From contig JBPCVV010000118.1 in NCBI GenBank assembly GCA_051010195.1, positions 550 through 64,549 on the forward strand: a stretch of DNA of 64,000 nucleotides, in the 5' to 3' direction. The notes under the pieces were generated by a model. It saw nothing but the letters and a program-made list of their open reading frames with translations, was not told the origin of the DNA and did no database searches. Positions 50,274-60,265 of this stretch are shown here, one piece after another (the stretch's first letter is position 1; each line of letters opens with the position of its first letter). Source of the DNA: Anderseniella sp. Lineage in GTDB: Bacteria > Pseudomonadota > Alphaproteobacteria > Rhizobiales > Aestuariivirgaceae. A program made the position numbers and the translations under genes.

Positions 50274-51725
50274 TTACCGCCGTTTCTTCGCCTTGTGGGC
50301 GTATGGATTGTTTTTGCCTTCGCGCAGGTTGATGCGCAGGGGCACGCCCCAAAGGCCGAAATCTTCGCGCAAACCGTTGATCAGGTAGCGGTTATAGCTT
50401 TCCGGCATGCTTGACGCGTTGGAGCAGAACACCACGAAAGTCGGTGGGCGGGCATTGACCTGGGTCATGTAGCGCAAGCGTATGCGCCGGCCACCTGGTG
50501 CCGGCGGCGGGTGGCGCTGTACCTGCTCCTCGAGCCAGTCATTGAGCCTGTTGGTGGGAATCCGCAAGTTCCACAGCTTGTAGGTTTCCATGACGGCGGG
50601 CATCAACTTGTGCACACCGCGGCCGCTCAGGCCGGAAAACGTCACAACTGCAATGCCGGAGACCTGGGGCAAAAGCCGGGTGACTTCCAGCTCGATGTCT
50701 CGGCGTAAATCGTCTTTTTCCTCGACCAGGTCCCATTTGTTGATCGCCAGCACCATGGCCCTGCCCTCGCGCGCCATCAGCGATGCCAGTTGCAGATCCT
50801 GTTTTTCCAAGGGCTGGGTCGCATCGATGAGCAACACGACAACTTCAGCGAACTTGATGGCGCGCAGGCCGTCGGACACGGACATCTTTTCCAGCTTGTC
50901 GTTGACCCGCGCCTTCTTGCGCATGCCGGCGGTGTCCCACAGCTTGATACGCTGTCCGTTCCACTCCCAGTCGAGACCTATGGCGTCCCGGGTAATGCCG
51001 GCTTCGGGACCGGTGAGCATGCGGTCTTCACCCACCAGCCGATTGATCAGCGTTGATTTTCCGGCATTGGGCCTGCCAACAATCGCAAGCCTCAAAGGCC
51101 GGTCCGGGGTCAGATCGTCTTCATCATCGGGATCAAAGGGAATGACGTCATCGAAGTCATCTGCGTCACCATCTCCATCTGTGTCGTCGGCAACGGGACC
51201 GTGCAGTCTGAAAGCCTCTTCCAGCGCGTCGTACAGGTCGCCCAGACCCTCGCCGTGCTCCGCTGAAATCGCAACCGGATCACCCAGTCCAAGCGAATAG
51301 CTTTCCAGGCGACCTGCCTCACCCTTGCCGCCTTCGGCCTTGTTGGCGGCGACTATGACCGGTTTGCCGGTTCTGCGGACGAGTTCAGCAAAGTGTTCAT
51401 CCGACGGCGTAACGCCGGCCCTGGCATCGATCATGAACAGACATACGTCCGCCTGCTGGATCGCCTCGCGGCTCTGCTCGGTCATCCGGCGCGCCAGCGT
51501 ATCTGGACCTGCATCTTCCAGGCCCGCCGTATCGACAATGCGAAATTTCAAACCACCAATGCTGGCGTCACCCTCACGCCGGTCGCGGGTCACCCCGGGG
51601 CGATCGTCGACAAGCGCCAGGCGCTTGCCGGTCAACCGGTTGAACAGCGTCGACTTGCCAACATTCGGCCTGCCGACAATAGCGAGGGTGGGAAGCCGTC
51701 CGGCCTGTGCCGTCTGCGAGGCCAT
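50274..51725 (-). CDS. der: Ribosome biogenesis GTPase Der (EngA)
   Basis: Two G-domains ([18 protein letters not shown]), DTAG x2, KH-like C-terminus. Confidence 0.97.
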   Translation of the reverse strand: MASQTAQAGRLPTLAIVGRPNVGKSTLFNRLTGKRLALVDDRPGVTRDRREGDASIGGLKFRIVDTAGLEDAGPDTLARRMTEQSREAIQQADVCLFMIDARAGVTPSDEHFAELVRRTGKPVIVAANKAEGGKGEAGRLESYSLGLGDPVAISAEHGEGLGDLYDALEEAFRLHGPVADDTDGDGDADDFDDVIPFDPDDEDDLTPDRPLRLAIVGRPNAGKSTLINRLVGEDRMLTGPEAGITRDAIGLDWEWNGQRIKLWDTAGMRKKARVNDKLEKMSVSDGLRAIKFAEVVVLLIDATQPLEKQDLQLASLMAREGRAMVLAINKWDLVEEKDDLRRDIELEVTRLLPQVSGIAVVTFSGLSGRGVHKLMPAVMETYKLWNLRIPTNRLNDWLEEQVQRHPPPAPGGRRIRLRYMTQVNARPPTFVVFCSNASSMPESYNRYLINGLREDFGLWGVPLRINLREGKNNPYAHKAKKRR

Positions 51726-51736
51726 GGTGAGGCTTT

Positions 51737-52420
51737 CTAGTTGGCGCTTGCCGGCACTTGCGGTTGAATTTGCGCTGATACAAGCACTGTACGAGCCCGC
51801 AGGGCTGCTGGTGTCGCGGGATCGGCCAGGATCAGCTTGAGCTGCTCATCGGCAGCCTTGAAATCGGAAGCACGAACGTGGGCCAGCGCCAGGATTTCAC
51901 GCACGGCGTGGCGCCATGAGGAGTTTTCACTGTCAAGGCCTGACAGGCGGGAAGACAGGTCGGCAACACTATCCGTATCCACCAGGAGATACGCCGCGCG
52001 GACACGCGCCAGGTCGCGCAGTGGCTGGTCGACAGCACCGTCGGCGGTCACACCATCGTAAATCTTGACCGCTTCGGCCTTGTTGCCGTCCTGGCCAATC
52101 CGGGCGGCCTGAGACAACCTGGCAAGTACCGAATAGCCTTTGTGCCCGGACTTGGTAATCTCGTCAAAGGCTGCGTCCGCTTCAGCCGTTTTGCCAGCAG
52201 CACTGAGCGTGATTGCATTGTACCATTCCATGCCGGCCTTTTCGGCCAGCTGGGCCTGCCAGTACTGCCAGCCCTTGTAGCTACCAACGAGTACAATAAT
52301 GCCAATGCAGCCGGCAACAATCAGGGTGCCAAAGCGGTTCCATATCTGGGTGAGCTTGTCGCGGCGGACTTCCTCATCCACCTCACGAAACAGTCCGTCG
52401 TCACTCATCGGTCGATCCAC
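51737..52420 (-). CDS. YfgM-like TPR membrane-anchored protein
   Basis: [13 protein letters not shown]-terminus, single TM, helical repeats; upstream of der. Confidence 0.82.
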   Translation of the reverse strand: MDRPMSDDGLFREVDEEVRRDKLTQIWNRFGTLIVAGCIGIIVLVGSYKGWQYWQAQLAEKAGMEWYNAITLSAAGKTAEADAAFDEITKSGHKGYSVLARLSQAARIGQDGNKAEAVKIYDGVTADGAVDQPLRDLARVRAAYLLVDTDSVADLSSRLSGLDSENSSWRHAVREILALAHVRASDFKAADEQLKLILADPATPAALRARTVLVSAQIQPQVPASAN

Positions 52421-52544
52421 GTGTTGATAAAAGGCGGCACATTTCCAATTTCACCGCGCTTGGTTGCGCCTTGGGTAAAGCAGGCGCTCAAACCGATCAA
52501 GGCAAATTGAGTTGATCAGGAAATATGCAGATACGTGGTCACAT

Positions 52545-53960
52545 TCAAATTTCCACGCTGAGCCAGGTCATCATGCCGGCTGCCTGATGCTCCAGCATGT
52601 GGCAATGCAGCATCCACTTGCCCGGGTTGTCGGCGACAAACGCCACCCGCACACGGCTGTTCGCCGACATGACGACCGTGTCGCGCCAATCCAGATTGGC
52701 GACCGGCTTGTCATCAATCGCCAGCGGCAGCACGTGATGACCGTGCAAATGCATGGCATGGGGCCAGGCTGTCTTGTTGACGAAGTCAATCACCACTGTT
52801 TCACCCTTTTTCAGGCTGGCAAACGGCTCTTCGGTCATGCCTGCCACGCCATTGAATGCCCAGGCCATGCCATTTTTCACAAGCTCGCGGATGTCAACGT
52901 CCCGCCCACGCAGTTTCGCGCCTGCCAGGCCGCCCATGGCACCACCTTCCATGACCAGTTCACGTGGAGTGGTGCCGGCAATGTCCACTGTTGCCGGCAA
53001 CCCGTTGTCAGGCAAGGCCGGCATGCCGCCGGTATCTGCCTCTCCGGCGGCACCGGTCCGATCGATATAGGCGACTTCCAATGGCTCGTTGGCCTGGTTC
53101 AGGTTGGCCAGAACGATCTCATCCGATCCGCGCCGGATCATCAGGTCAGCCCTGCCACCGGGACCGAGTTGCAACGGGCTTGACCCCAGGTCGCGGGTTT
53201 TCCGCAAAGGCTGACCGTCCAGAGCAATGATGTGCGGCTCCGCGCCTTTTAGTTGCAAGTTCATGATGCGGGCATTGGCGCAATTGATCAGCCGAAGGCG
53301 CAGTCGCTTGTTTGCCGCCGCAGCAAGGCGTGGCCGGGACTCGCCGTTGACGGTGAACCAGTTACCCAGCCTGCCGCCGTGCGCGGCCATGCGAATGTCG
53401 CCGAACGCCTGCTGATTGAGGGTGCCGTCATCGTTGATGAGCCAGTCGTCCAGCACCAGTGTCAGCTCTGCGGTGTCGGCAAACGGGTTTTTCTCTTCAA
53501 CGATCAACGCACCATACAGGCCCTGTTCCACCTGCCTGGAAGAGTTGATGTGCGGATGATACCAGTAAGTGCCTGCATCCGGTGCGGTAAACACATACTC
53601 AAAGGCTTCACCCGGCTCGACCGGGTTTTGCGTCAAAGGCGTGCCGTCCATGGCATTGTCAATGCGGATGCCATGCCAGTGCAGCATGGTGGGTTCATCC
53701 AGGCCGTTGATCAGACGAACCTTCACCTGGTCGTGGCGTTTGACACGAATTTCCGGACCGGGATTGACGCCGTTATAGGTCCATAACCGGGTTTCCTCGC
53801 CCCCTTCCAGGATAACATGTGGCACCTTCTGAATCTTCAGTTCAGTGAAGCCATCGTTTGCCGCATGAGCGCGCATTATCACCGGCCCACCACCGGTCAC
53901 AGCAAAGGCTGCGGCGGATCCGGCGAGCATCTGGCGGCGGTCGAGGTGCATGGGCGTCAC
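52545..53960 (-). CDS. Multicopper oxidase (three-domain) with a Tat signal
   Basis: LDRRQML Tat-like motif; HWHG, YWYHPH, HAMHLHGH, WMLHCHMLEHQAAGMM. Confidence 0.93.
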   Translation of the reverse strand: MTPMHLDRRQMLAGSAAAFAVTGGGPVIMRAHAANDGFTELKIQKVPHVILEGGEETRLWTYNGVNPGPEIRVKRHDQVKVRLINGLDEPTMLHWHGIRIDNAMDGTPLTQNPVEPGEAFEYVFTAPDAGTYWYHPHINSSRQVEQGLYGALIVEEKNPFADTAELTLVLDDWLINDDGTLNQQAFGDIRMAAHGGRLGNWFTVNGESRPRLAAAANKRLRLRLINCANARIMNLQLKGAEPHIIALDGQPLRKTRDLGSSPLQLGPGGRADLMIRRGSDEIVLANLNQANEPLEVAYIDRTGAAGEADTGGMPALPDNGLPATVDIAGTTPRELVMEGGAMGGLAGAKLRGRDVDIRELVKNGMAWAFNGVAGMTEEPFASLKKGETVVIDFVNKTAWPHAMHLHGHHVLPLAIDDKPVANLDWRDTVVMSANSRVRVAFVADNPGKWMLHCHMLEHQAAGMMTWLSVEI

Positions 53961-54785
53961 TCAGTCCTTTACATCGTAGGTGTTTTCAGGTGCCGGGAAT
54001 GCCCGGTTGCGCACATCCAGAGAATACGACTTGATGGCGCGTTCTATTGCGCGGCCAACCTTGCCGAATTCCTTGACGAATTTCGGCACGCGCGGGCTCA
54101 GGCCCAGCATGTCTTCCATGACCAGGATTTGCCCGTCACAGGCAACCGAGGCACCAATGCCGATTGTCGGAATGTCAATGGACCTGGTAATCCGCGCCGC
54201 CAGAGGTTCTGCCATTGCTTCCAGCACAACACTGAAGGCCCCGGCTTCCGCCACGGCCGTTGCATCAGCTTCAATTGCTGCCCACTGATCACGTTGCCGG
54301 CCTTGCGTCTTGAAGCCGCCGATGGTGTTGATGGACTGCGGTGTCAGGCCGATATGCGCCATGACAGGAATGCCGCGCTGCACCAGATACCTAATGGTCT
54401 CGGCCATGTGGGCGCCGCCCTCCAGCTTCACCGCACCGCAATCGGTTTCCTTCATGATGCGAGCCGCGTTCCTGAAGGCAACGGCAGGGCTTTCTTCATA
54501 AGTGCCGAACGGCATATCGACGACCACAAGGGCACGTTCGGAACCACGCACAACTGCCTTGCCATGCATGATCATCAGGTCAAGTGGCACTGGCACGGTC
54601 GATTCAAACCCGTGCATCACCATGCCGAGCGAGTCCCCAACCAGCAGAAAGTCACAGTACTTGTCAGCAATGCTGGCGGTATGGGCGTGATAGGCGGTCA
54701 GGGAAACGACAGGTTCCGCGTTCTTGCGGGAGGCAATATCGGGGGCGGTCAGACGGCGGACCTGTTTCTGAACGGACATTGGCAA
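53961..54785 (-). CDS. panB: 3-methyl-2-oxobutanoate hydroxymethyltransferase
   Basis: [36 protein letters not shown]. Confidence 0.96.
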   Translation of the reverse strand: MPMSVQKQVRRLTAPDIASRKNAEPVVSLTAYHAHTASIADKYCDFLLVGDSLGMVMHGFESTVPVPLDLMIMHGKAVVRGSERALVVVDMPFGTYEESPAVAFRNAARIMKETDCGAVKLEGGAHMAETIRYLVQRGIPVMAHIGLTPQSINTIGGFKTQGRQRDQWAAIEADATAVAEAGAFSVVLEAMAEPLAARITRSIDIPTIGIGASVACDGQILVMEDMLGLSPRVPKFVKEFGKVGRAIERAIKSYSLDVRNRAFPAPENTYDVKD

Positions 54786-54813
54786 TCAGGCTCCTTGGTA
54801 GGCACTAAATCGT

Positions 54814-55308
54814 TCAGGGCAATCTTATCACTCGTTGCGGCGGAGAGACCAGCACTTCGACCAGGTCGCCCAACGTCACCTGGCCGCCCTCCAGCACCCG
54901 GCACGTGATCCCGCCCCGCCAGTCAGGGTGAAGCGCCTTGCGCAGGCCGTCTAGAGCGTCGTCCATACGCCGGCAAGGCACCGTCTGATTGGTGACTTCC
55001 AACCGCACCGGCCCGACACGCAACACGCCGCCTGCCGCACGCGGCAAATGTACGCCCTTTACCAGCAAGTTTGCCCGGCGCGCCGTCCAGTCCAGATCCG
55101 GCTCGCCAGCCTCACGTGCTGCTTCGCGCCATGCTTCCGCCGCCAGCACGGTAATCTGCCGGTTCGGAAATTTGACTCCCTTGTGATCGCCCTCCAGGCC
55201 AGCAGCAATGGTGATGCTGCCAGATCGAATCTGCCGCATGGGCGCCAGCCGTGCCGGCCGGCGCGCAATGCCGATCAGTCGGCCGGTTTTGTCGGCCTCA
55301 TCTTGCAA
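54814..55308 (-). CDS. MOSC domain protein (YiiM-like)
   Basis: RQITVL, RRANLLVKG, PCRRMD (Moco-ligand Cys), RGGITCRVLEGG. Confidence 0.85.
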   Translation of the reverse strand: MQDEADKTGRLIGIARRPARLAPMRQIRSGSITIAAGLEGDHKGVKFPNRQITVLAAEAWREAAREAGEPDLDWTARRANLLVKGVHLPRAAGGVLRVGPVRLEVTNQTVPCRRMDDALDGLRKALHPDWRGGITCRVLEGGQVTLGDLVEVLVSPPQRVIRLP

Positions 55309-55873
55309 AGATCGCCATGTCCTGAATGGAGAACAGCGCCACGCCGATAATGTGCTGATGCATCTGGATCATCACGCCGTAGAGCGCGACGCCCACGAAC
55401 AGGGCGATGGCATCATGGCCACCACGAACCTCCGGGGACGGCCTGAAACCTTGCGCAAAACCGGCAACGAAATGCGTTGCCCCATAGGCCAGCAGCCCGC
55501 CAAACAGGATAAGGCTTGCCCGGTCGCCGTTGGCCAGTAAGTGACCAGTCGCCCACAACACCACTGCCATGGCCAGCGGCAGGCGCAGGACCTGGCGTGC
55601 CCTGCCCCGAAACAGGAACACACCGATCAGCAGGAAGGCGACAAAACTCAAGGCGAGATTGGCCGCAAACCCCCAGCCAGGTGGATCATAGATCTGGGTT
55701 CGGTCCGCTATCTGCCAACCCAGCACGATCAGCACAAGTGACAGGATTGAGCCTGCGGCAAACAAAATGCCGTAAGCTTTTCCGAGCCTGTCCTTAAGGC
55801 GCGACTTTAGAGACGGAAACGCCGGGATCAGGTGAATGACAGCAAACAGGACAACAGCGAAGAACAGCAGCAT
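55298..55873 (-). CDS. NnrU family membrane protein (copy 1)
   Basis: LFAVIHLIP, IYDPP, LWATGHLLANGD.ASLILFG. Confidence 0.85.
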   Translation of the reverse strand: MLLFFAVVLFAVIHLIPAFPSLKSRLKDRLGKAYGILFAAGSILSLVLIVLGWQIADRTQIYDPPGWGFAANLALSFVAFLLIGVFLFRGRARQVLRLPLAMAVVLWATGHLLANGDRASLILFGGLLAYGATHFVAGFAQGFRPSPEVRGGHDAIALFVGVALYGVMIQMHQHIIGVALFSIQDMAIFAR

Positions 55874-55957
55874 TGGAATTCAATCAATCCGGGTTGAATA
55901 CGGGTTCGTCGTGCTGACTGATACAGGAAGCCCGGCGCCGGGCCAATGGACGGGAGG

Positions 55958-56908
55958 TCACACCGGCAACTGCTGGACCTGGCGCCGGTAACTGGCCGGT
56001 GCCACGCCGAGATGCTTCTTGAATACCCGTCCGAAAGCAGCTTCCGACTGATAGCCCGCCTCTTCTGCAATATCGATGATCGCCAGGCGGGACTCCGCCA
56101 GCCGCTGGCGCGCAATCTGCATGCGCCACTGGGTCACATACCCCATCGGCGTGCTGGACATGGTCGAGGTAAAGCGGGCGGCGAATGCGGTACGTGACAG
56201 ACCGGCGATTCTGGCCAGGGTTTCGAGCGACCAGCCATGTGACGGGTCCTTGTGGATGGCTTCAAGCGCCCGGGCAATAGCCGGATCGGCAAACCCGGCC
56301 AGCACCGGTTTGTCGGCCCCGCTGGACGCAAGATAGGTTCTGAGCGCCTGGGCAAATACTATCTCCGACAACTTCAGGGCAATCATATCACTGCCCATCT
56401 GGCCATTGCCGGCTTCTGCACCGATCACCCGCAGCGTGTTCTCCATCCAGGTGCCTGCCGCACTGCCGTAATTGCGGACATGGATATGATCAGGCAGGGC
56501 GTCCAGCAGGGGGTGGCGGGCATTTTTCTCAAACGCAAAGTGACCGCAGACCAGTTGGGTCTCCTGGTCCGTCCCCAATTCCCCGTACACCAGCGTGCCG
56601 GCACCGGTGAAGCCGGAGTCCTGGACAACCCGGTCCAGTTGAACTGCCTGGTTCTCGGTGCGCGGGTCGCAGAACAACGTGTGCCCAGCACCACGCATGA
56701 TGATGATCAGGTCGCCCTGCTCCAGTTGCACCGGTTCATCTGCGCCACCGACCCGGACAAAACAGCGGCCACGATGAGCAAAGTGAAACCGCGCCACGTT
56801 TTCAAACGACGGCACCGCAATACTCCACGGTGAAGTGAATGACGTGCGGAAATACAAGGTGCCGGCAAGCTGCATGCGAGACAGGATGTCGCTTAAAAGA
56901 TCCATCAT
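55958..56908 (-). CDS. AraC family regulator with a Cupin_6 sensor domain (RclR-like)
   Basis: MDLLSDIL, LVCGHF, C-terminal HTH (LARIAGLSRTAF, AGYQSEAAFGRVFKK). Confidence 0.9.
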   Translation of the reverse strand: MMDLLSDILSRMQLAGTLYFRTSFTSPWSIAVPSFENVARFHFAHRGRCFVRVGGADEPVQLEQGDLIIIMRGAGHTLFCDPRTENQAVQLDRVVQDSGFTGAGTLVYGELGTDQETQLVCGHFAFEKNARHPLLDALPDHIHVRNYGSAAGTWMENTLRVIGAEAGNGQMGSDMIALKLSEIVFAQALRTYLASSGADKPVLAGFADPAIARALEAIHKDPSHGWSLETLARIAGLSRTAFAARFTSTMSSTPMGYVTQWRMQIARQRLAESRLAIIDIAEEAGYQSEAAFGRVFKKHLGVAPASYRRQVQQLPV

Positions 56909-56964
56909 GGCTTGATACATCAAAATCCGATAACTCACAACGAAATGGGACTATCGATCAAAAA

Positions 56965-56995
56965 TTTCGGACGATCTGAGATTGAACGTCCGAAA
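56965..56995. promoter_or_regulatory. Inverted repeat (candidate operator) between the divergent AraC and DUF4142 genes
   Basis: TTTCGGACG-N13-CGTCCGAAA, perfect 9-bp arms. Confidence 0.6.
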
Positions 56996-57064
56996 GTCGT
57001 TCGTTTTACTGCGTTCACCGCTCAGGACGCCCTGAGCCGGTCAATTTGAAAGGACGCAGCCCCC

Positions 57065-57598
57065 ATGAAAAAGAAACTACTCCTCGCCGCCTCGCTGTTT
57101 GCACTCGCAATGCAGGTGACACCGTCAACCGCGCAATCACCGGCCGAACTCAACGATCTGCAGATTGCCCATGTTGCCTATGTGGCCGACAATATCGACA
57201 TACGCTATGCGCATCTGGCTCTGGCCATATCCACCAACCCCGCCATTCACGAGTTTGCCCGCACCATGATCCGCGACCATACGGCGGTCAACGAACAGGC
57301 CCTTGCACTCCTGAAAAAGCTCAATGCGCAACCTGAAGACAATTTTCTCAGCAAGCAGCTTACTGCAAACTCGGAAAAGCTGGTCGACGAGATGAGTAAG
57401 CTGCGCGGTGCCGAGTTTGACAAGCGCTATGCGGAAAATGAACTGGCCTATCACAAGGCGGTCAATGACCTGGTCGGCAACGCCTTCATTCCGAACATTG
57501 AGAACGCGGAAGTAAAATCGCTGTTCGAAACCGGGCTGAAGATATTCAAGGCGCACGAGCATCACGCCGAAATGATGGTCAAGGCAGTGAGCAAGTAA
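57065..57598 (+). CDS. Secreted DUF4142 (ferritin-like) protein
   Basis: Signal peptide; FARTMIRDHTAVN, FDKRYAENELAYHKAV, HEHHAE. Confidence 0.8.
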   Translation: MKKKLLLAASLFALAMQVTPSTAQSPAELNDLQIAHVAYVADNIDIRYAHLALAISTNPAIHEFARTMIRDHTAVNEQALALLKKLNAQPEDNFLSKQLTANSEKLVDEMSKLRGAEFDKRYAENELAYHKAVNDLVGNAFIPNIENAEVKSLFETGLKIFKAHEHHAEMMVKAVSK

Positions 57599-57603
57599 GC
57601 GCC

Positions 57604-57966
57604 ATGAAACGGCGCTTGTTCCTTAACAAGGCGGCAGCAGCGATTGCTGCTGCGGCCTTTCCCGCCCTGTCTCTTATAAGGCCCGGCAAAGCAATTGCCC
57701 GGCCGCGCCGGCATCGTGTCGAAATCAGCGGTTTCAGGTTCACACCGGACAGGCTTGAGATATCGGCCGGTGACACCATCACCTGGGTTAACCGGGACAT
57801 TGCACCCCACACGGCAACCGCGATCGATGGTGGCTGGAACACCGGTGAACTGGTTAAAGACGCAGAAGCCAGCATCACCTTTACGGCCGGCATGGAAACC
57901 ATGTACTTCTGCGCCTTTCATCCGATTATGAAGGCACGCATTTCCATACTCCCGGCAGATCAGTAG
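57604..57966 (+). CDS. Cupredoxin (plastocyanin/amicyanin-like) with a Tat-type signal
   Basis: KRRLFL signal; GDTITWVNRDIAPHTAT; YFCAFHPIM (type-1 Cu Cys/His/Met). Confidence 0.87.
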   Translation: MKRRLFLNKAAAAIAAAAFPALSLIRPGKAIARPRRHRVEISGFRFTPDRLEISAGDTITWVNRDIAPHTATAIDGGWNTGELVKDAEASITFTAGMETMYFCAFHPIMKARISILPADQ

Positions 57967-58526
57967 ATTGGCGATACGCTGAACAGTGTCTGGTGCAGGC
58001 TGATAAACACCCCGTACACGACGACACCGGCAACCACCGCAATGATGTCGGACCTTAGTTTTGGCTCATAGGACGGCACCTTGCCCCTTGCCGTGTTCAC
58101 GATGATATCGAGTACGCTGAGGACAAGAAAGCCGCCAAACAGAAGCACCTCCGACAGATTGCCGTTGACCAGCAGGTGACCGGCAGCCCACAGGCCGACA
58201 CCAGCCGACATGGGATGCTTGACCCACAACCTGATATGGCTCTTGCCATGTGCTGCTGCCAGCAGGATCAGGGCAACCAGCACCAGCAACATGGTGCCGT
58301 GGCTGCTGCCGACTATCGGATCATAGACGATGCGCGCGGCATCCGGCCCGGCCCGGGCCAGGATGAACCCCCAGATCATCAGGCCAAGCCCTGCCAGCGA
58401 GATCAGGGAGTATATTCCCTTGTAGGCATTCTCATTCAGTTTTGAGACGATGACGGCGCGCAACGGGGTGAGCGAAATGAAGTGAACGCCGAAGAACAGG
58501 ACCATGCCCCAGATCAGTTTCGTCAT
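57960..58526 (-). CDS. NnrU family membrane protein (copy 2)
   Basis: FFGVHFISL, YKGIYSLISLAGL, VYDP, KHPM..GVGLWAAGHLLVNG. Confidence 0.88.
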   Translation of the reverse strand: MTKLIWGMVLFFGVHFISLTPLRAVIVSKLNENAYKGIYSLISLAGLGLMIWGFILARAGPDAARIVYDPIVGSSHGTMLLVLVALILLAAAHGKSHIRLWVKHPMSAGVGLWAAGHLLVNGNLSEVLLFGGFLVLSVLDIIVNTARGKVPSYEPKLRSDIIAVVAGVVVYGVFISLHQTLFSVSPIY

Positions 58527-58720
58527 AGTGTTCTTACCCACTCCGGCTTGCTGGTTTGTCACAAAAGAATCTGTGTTTCATTCTAACTGTTGCCACAGTG
58601 ATTGACCATGACATCCTCGAAGTGGCATCAATAGGTCGCATCAAGCGCTCAGCGCTTGTGACAACCGGCGACATACAAGTACTTTTGGCATCCGCCGCCC
58701 CCACGCACAGGAGACTATCC

Positions 58721-59245
58721 GTGAACAGACGTCTGAGCACTGCCCTCACCGCTTTTTTCACAATTGGGCTGGCTACACCGGCCCTGAGCGCAGAAATCTG
58801 TGGCATCGAAGCAACGGCCAGTGATGGCGGCATGATGGTACAGACTGGCAAGTTTTCAGCCCGATGCATGCCGAAGGGAAAATGTTCGATCTCCCTGTCC
58901 AGCGTCGAAGATGTCGGCGTTGCCCTTGAACGAGCGTCGGTGTCAGGATCCTGGCTGGCACTGGTGACAAGCACCTATTCAATTGATTCCGGCGCAGGTT
59001 TCGATCTGGTTTTTGACGGCGAGAACGAAACCCGGATTGTACCGGATTTCCTGATCGCGGCCGAAGACATGAAAAGCGTGCGTGTCGATGACGATGTCTC
59101 GGACATTGTCCTGACAACCATGCTCAAATCAAAGACCATGAATGCAACCGTGCAGTTGATCGGCGGCAAGAGAGTGGTTCATGAAATCGCGCTCGGCGAT
59201 TTGCCGGCAGCCACCAAATGGGTTGATTGCGCACAGGCCAAATGA
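58721..59245 (+). CDS. Secreted hypothetical protein, 4 Cys (paralog A)
   Basis: GGAG SD plus GTG at 58721; signal peptide ending ALSA; CX5C; C-terminal KWVDCAQAK. Confidence 0.7.
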   Translation: MNRRLSTALTAFFTIGLATPALSAEICGIEATASDGGMMVQTGKFSARCMPKGKCSISLSSVEDVGVALERASVSGSWLALVTSTYSIDSGAGFDLVFDGENETRIVPDFLIAAEDMKSVRVDDDVSDIVLTTMLKSKTMNATVQLIGGKRVVHEIALGDLPAATKWVDCAQAK

Positions 59246-59586
59246 CACCTGATCCGGATACAGCACGGGCCCGGCTGACGGCGCGGCGTGACGAGCTCAA
59301 CAGGCTGTCGTCGATGTCGGCGGAGGACCGTGATGCCGTTGAGCTGGACCAGCAGTCGGTGGGCCGGCTGTCGCGCATGGATGCCATGCAGCGTCAGGCA
59401 ATGGCCCAGGCCCAGGAACGAGCCCGCACGGCGGAACTTGCCCGGCTGGACCAAGCCATGCGACGCCTTGAAGAAGGCGAATACGGATGGTGCATCACCT
59501 GTGGGGACGAAATTGCGGCGGCACGGCTGGAAGTGGACCCTGCGGCTGCGGTGTGTGTGGAATGTGCCAGCGGCGGGAAAACATGA
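59242..59586 (+). CDS. TraR/DksA C4-type zinc finger protein
   Basis: LDQQSVGRLSRMDAMQ coiled coil; YGWCITC...CVEC; ATGA overlaps at both ends. Confidence 0.9.
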   Translation: MTPDPDTARARLTARRDELNRLSSMSAEDRDAVELDQQSVGRLSRMDAMQRQAMAQAQERARTAELARLDQAMRRLEEGEYGWCITCGDEIAAARLEVDPAAAVCVECASGGKT

Positions 59587-60236
59587 TACGGCGACGATCC
59601 ATCTGGCTTGCGGCAGCATGTATTTTCAGCATGAGCCCCGGTGCCCAGGCTGAGCAATTGTGCAATCAGGAAGTGCATCAGAAATTTGATGAAACCCGGA
59701 TCTATGCGCGCAGCTTCATCGCGACCTGCAAACCGGGAGCACAATGCCGATTGGTGACGCACCGACTGGACAAGAAAGCGCCGCTGGGGTTCAGCCACAC
59801 GCTGGCATTTCAACGCGCCGACCCGGCATCAAAGTGGCAGGTGCTGCTCGTTAACGTCCTCGAGCTCACCGATACCACTGCCGGGTTCGAATTGAAAATA
59901 GATAACAAGCCAGCCCTGAAGATCGCCGGAGAGGCCATCACCACACCGATTTCCGTAAATGAGTATGCGGTTGACGCAGACCTGAGCAGCACGGCGCTGA
60001 CAGAAGCAAAACCCGGCGACAACATAAGCTGGAGCTATACGCTAAAGCGCGGGGAACCCAGCAAGGTACGGTTTTCACTTTCAGGCCTTACCAAGGCTCT
60101 TGAATGGGCGGAATGTGCGCAAGCCAAGCTTGCCAGCGGCAAATCCAGCCCGCCGAAACCGGGCGGCGAACAGCCGGAATATTCTCCCCCGGAACCGGAT
60201 GTGCCGGTGGATCCGGTCGGTGACGGCCGGGACTAG
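59583..60236 (+). CDS. Secreted hypothetical protein, 4 Cys (paralog B) with a Pro-rich tail
   Basis: Signal peptide ending AQA; CX5C; FSLSGLTKALEWAECAQAK; tail PPKPGGEQPEYSPPEPD. Confidence 0.72.
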   Translation: MIRRRSIWLAAACIFSMSPGAQAEQLCNQEVHQKFDETRIYARSFIATCKPGAQCRLVTHRLDKKAPLGFSHTLAFQRADPASKWQVLLVNVLELTDTTAGFELKIDNKPALKIAGEAITTPISVNEYAVDADLSSTALTEAKPGDNISWSYTLKRGEPSKVRFSLSGLTKALEWAECAQAKLASGKSSPPKPGGEQPEYSPPEPDVPVDPVGDGRD

Positions 60237-60265
60237 AGCTTCTATAGCTGACTAAGGTTTGCCGC

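Noticed and set aside
51726-51737. No bamB between the yfgM-like gene and der
   Set aside because: Direct yfgM-der adjacency and lack of BamB are known in several Rhizobiales; noted only as context for the SurA finding.
56912-56923. TTGATACATCAA as an FNR/NnrR box near the NnrU genes
   Set aside because: The spacer is 2 nt rather than the required TTGAT-N4-ATCAA.
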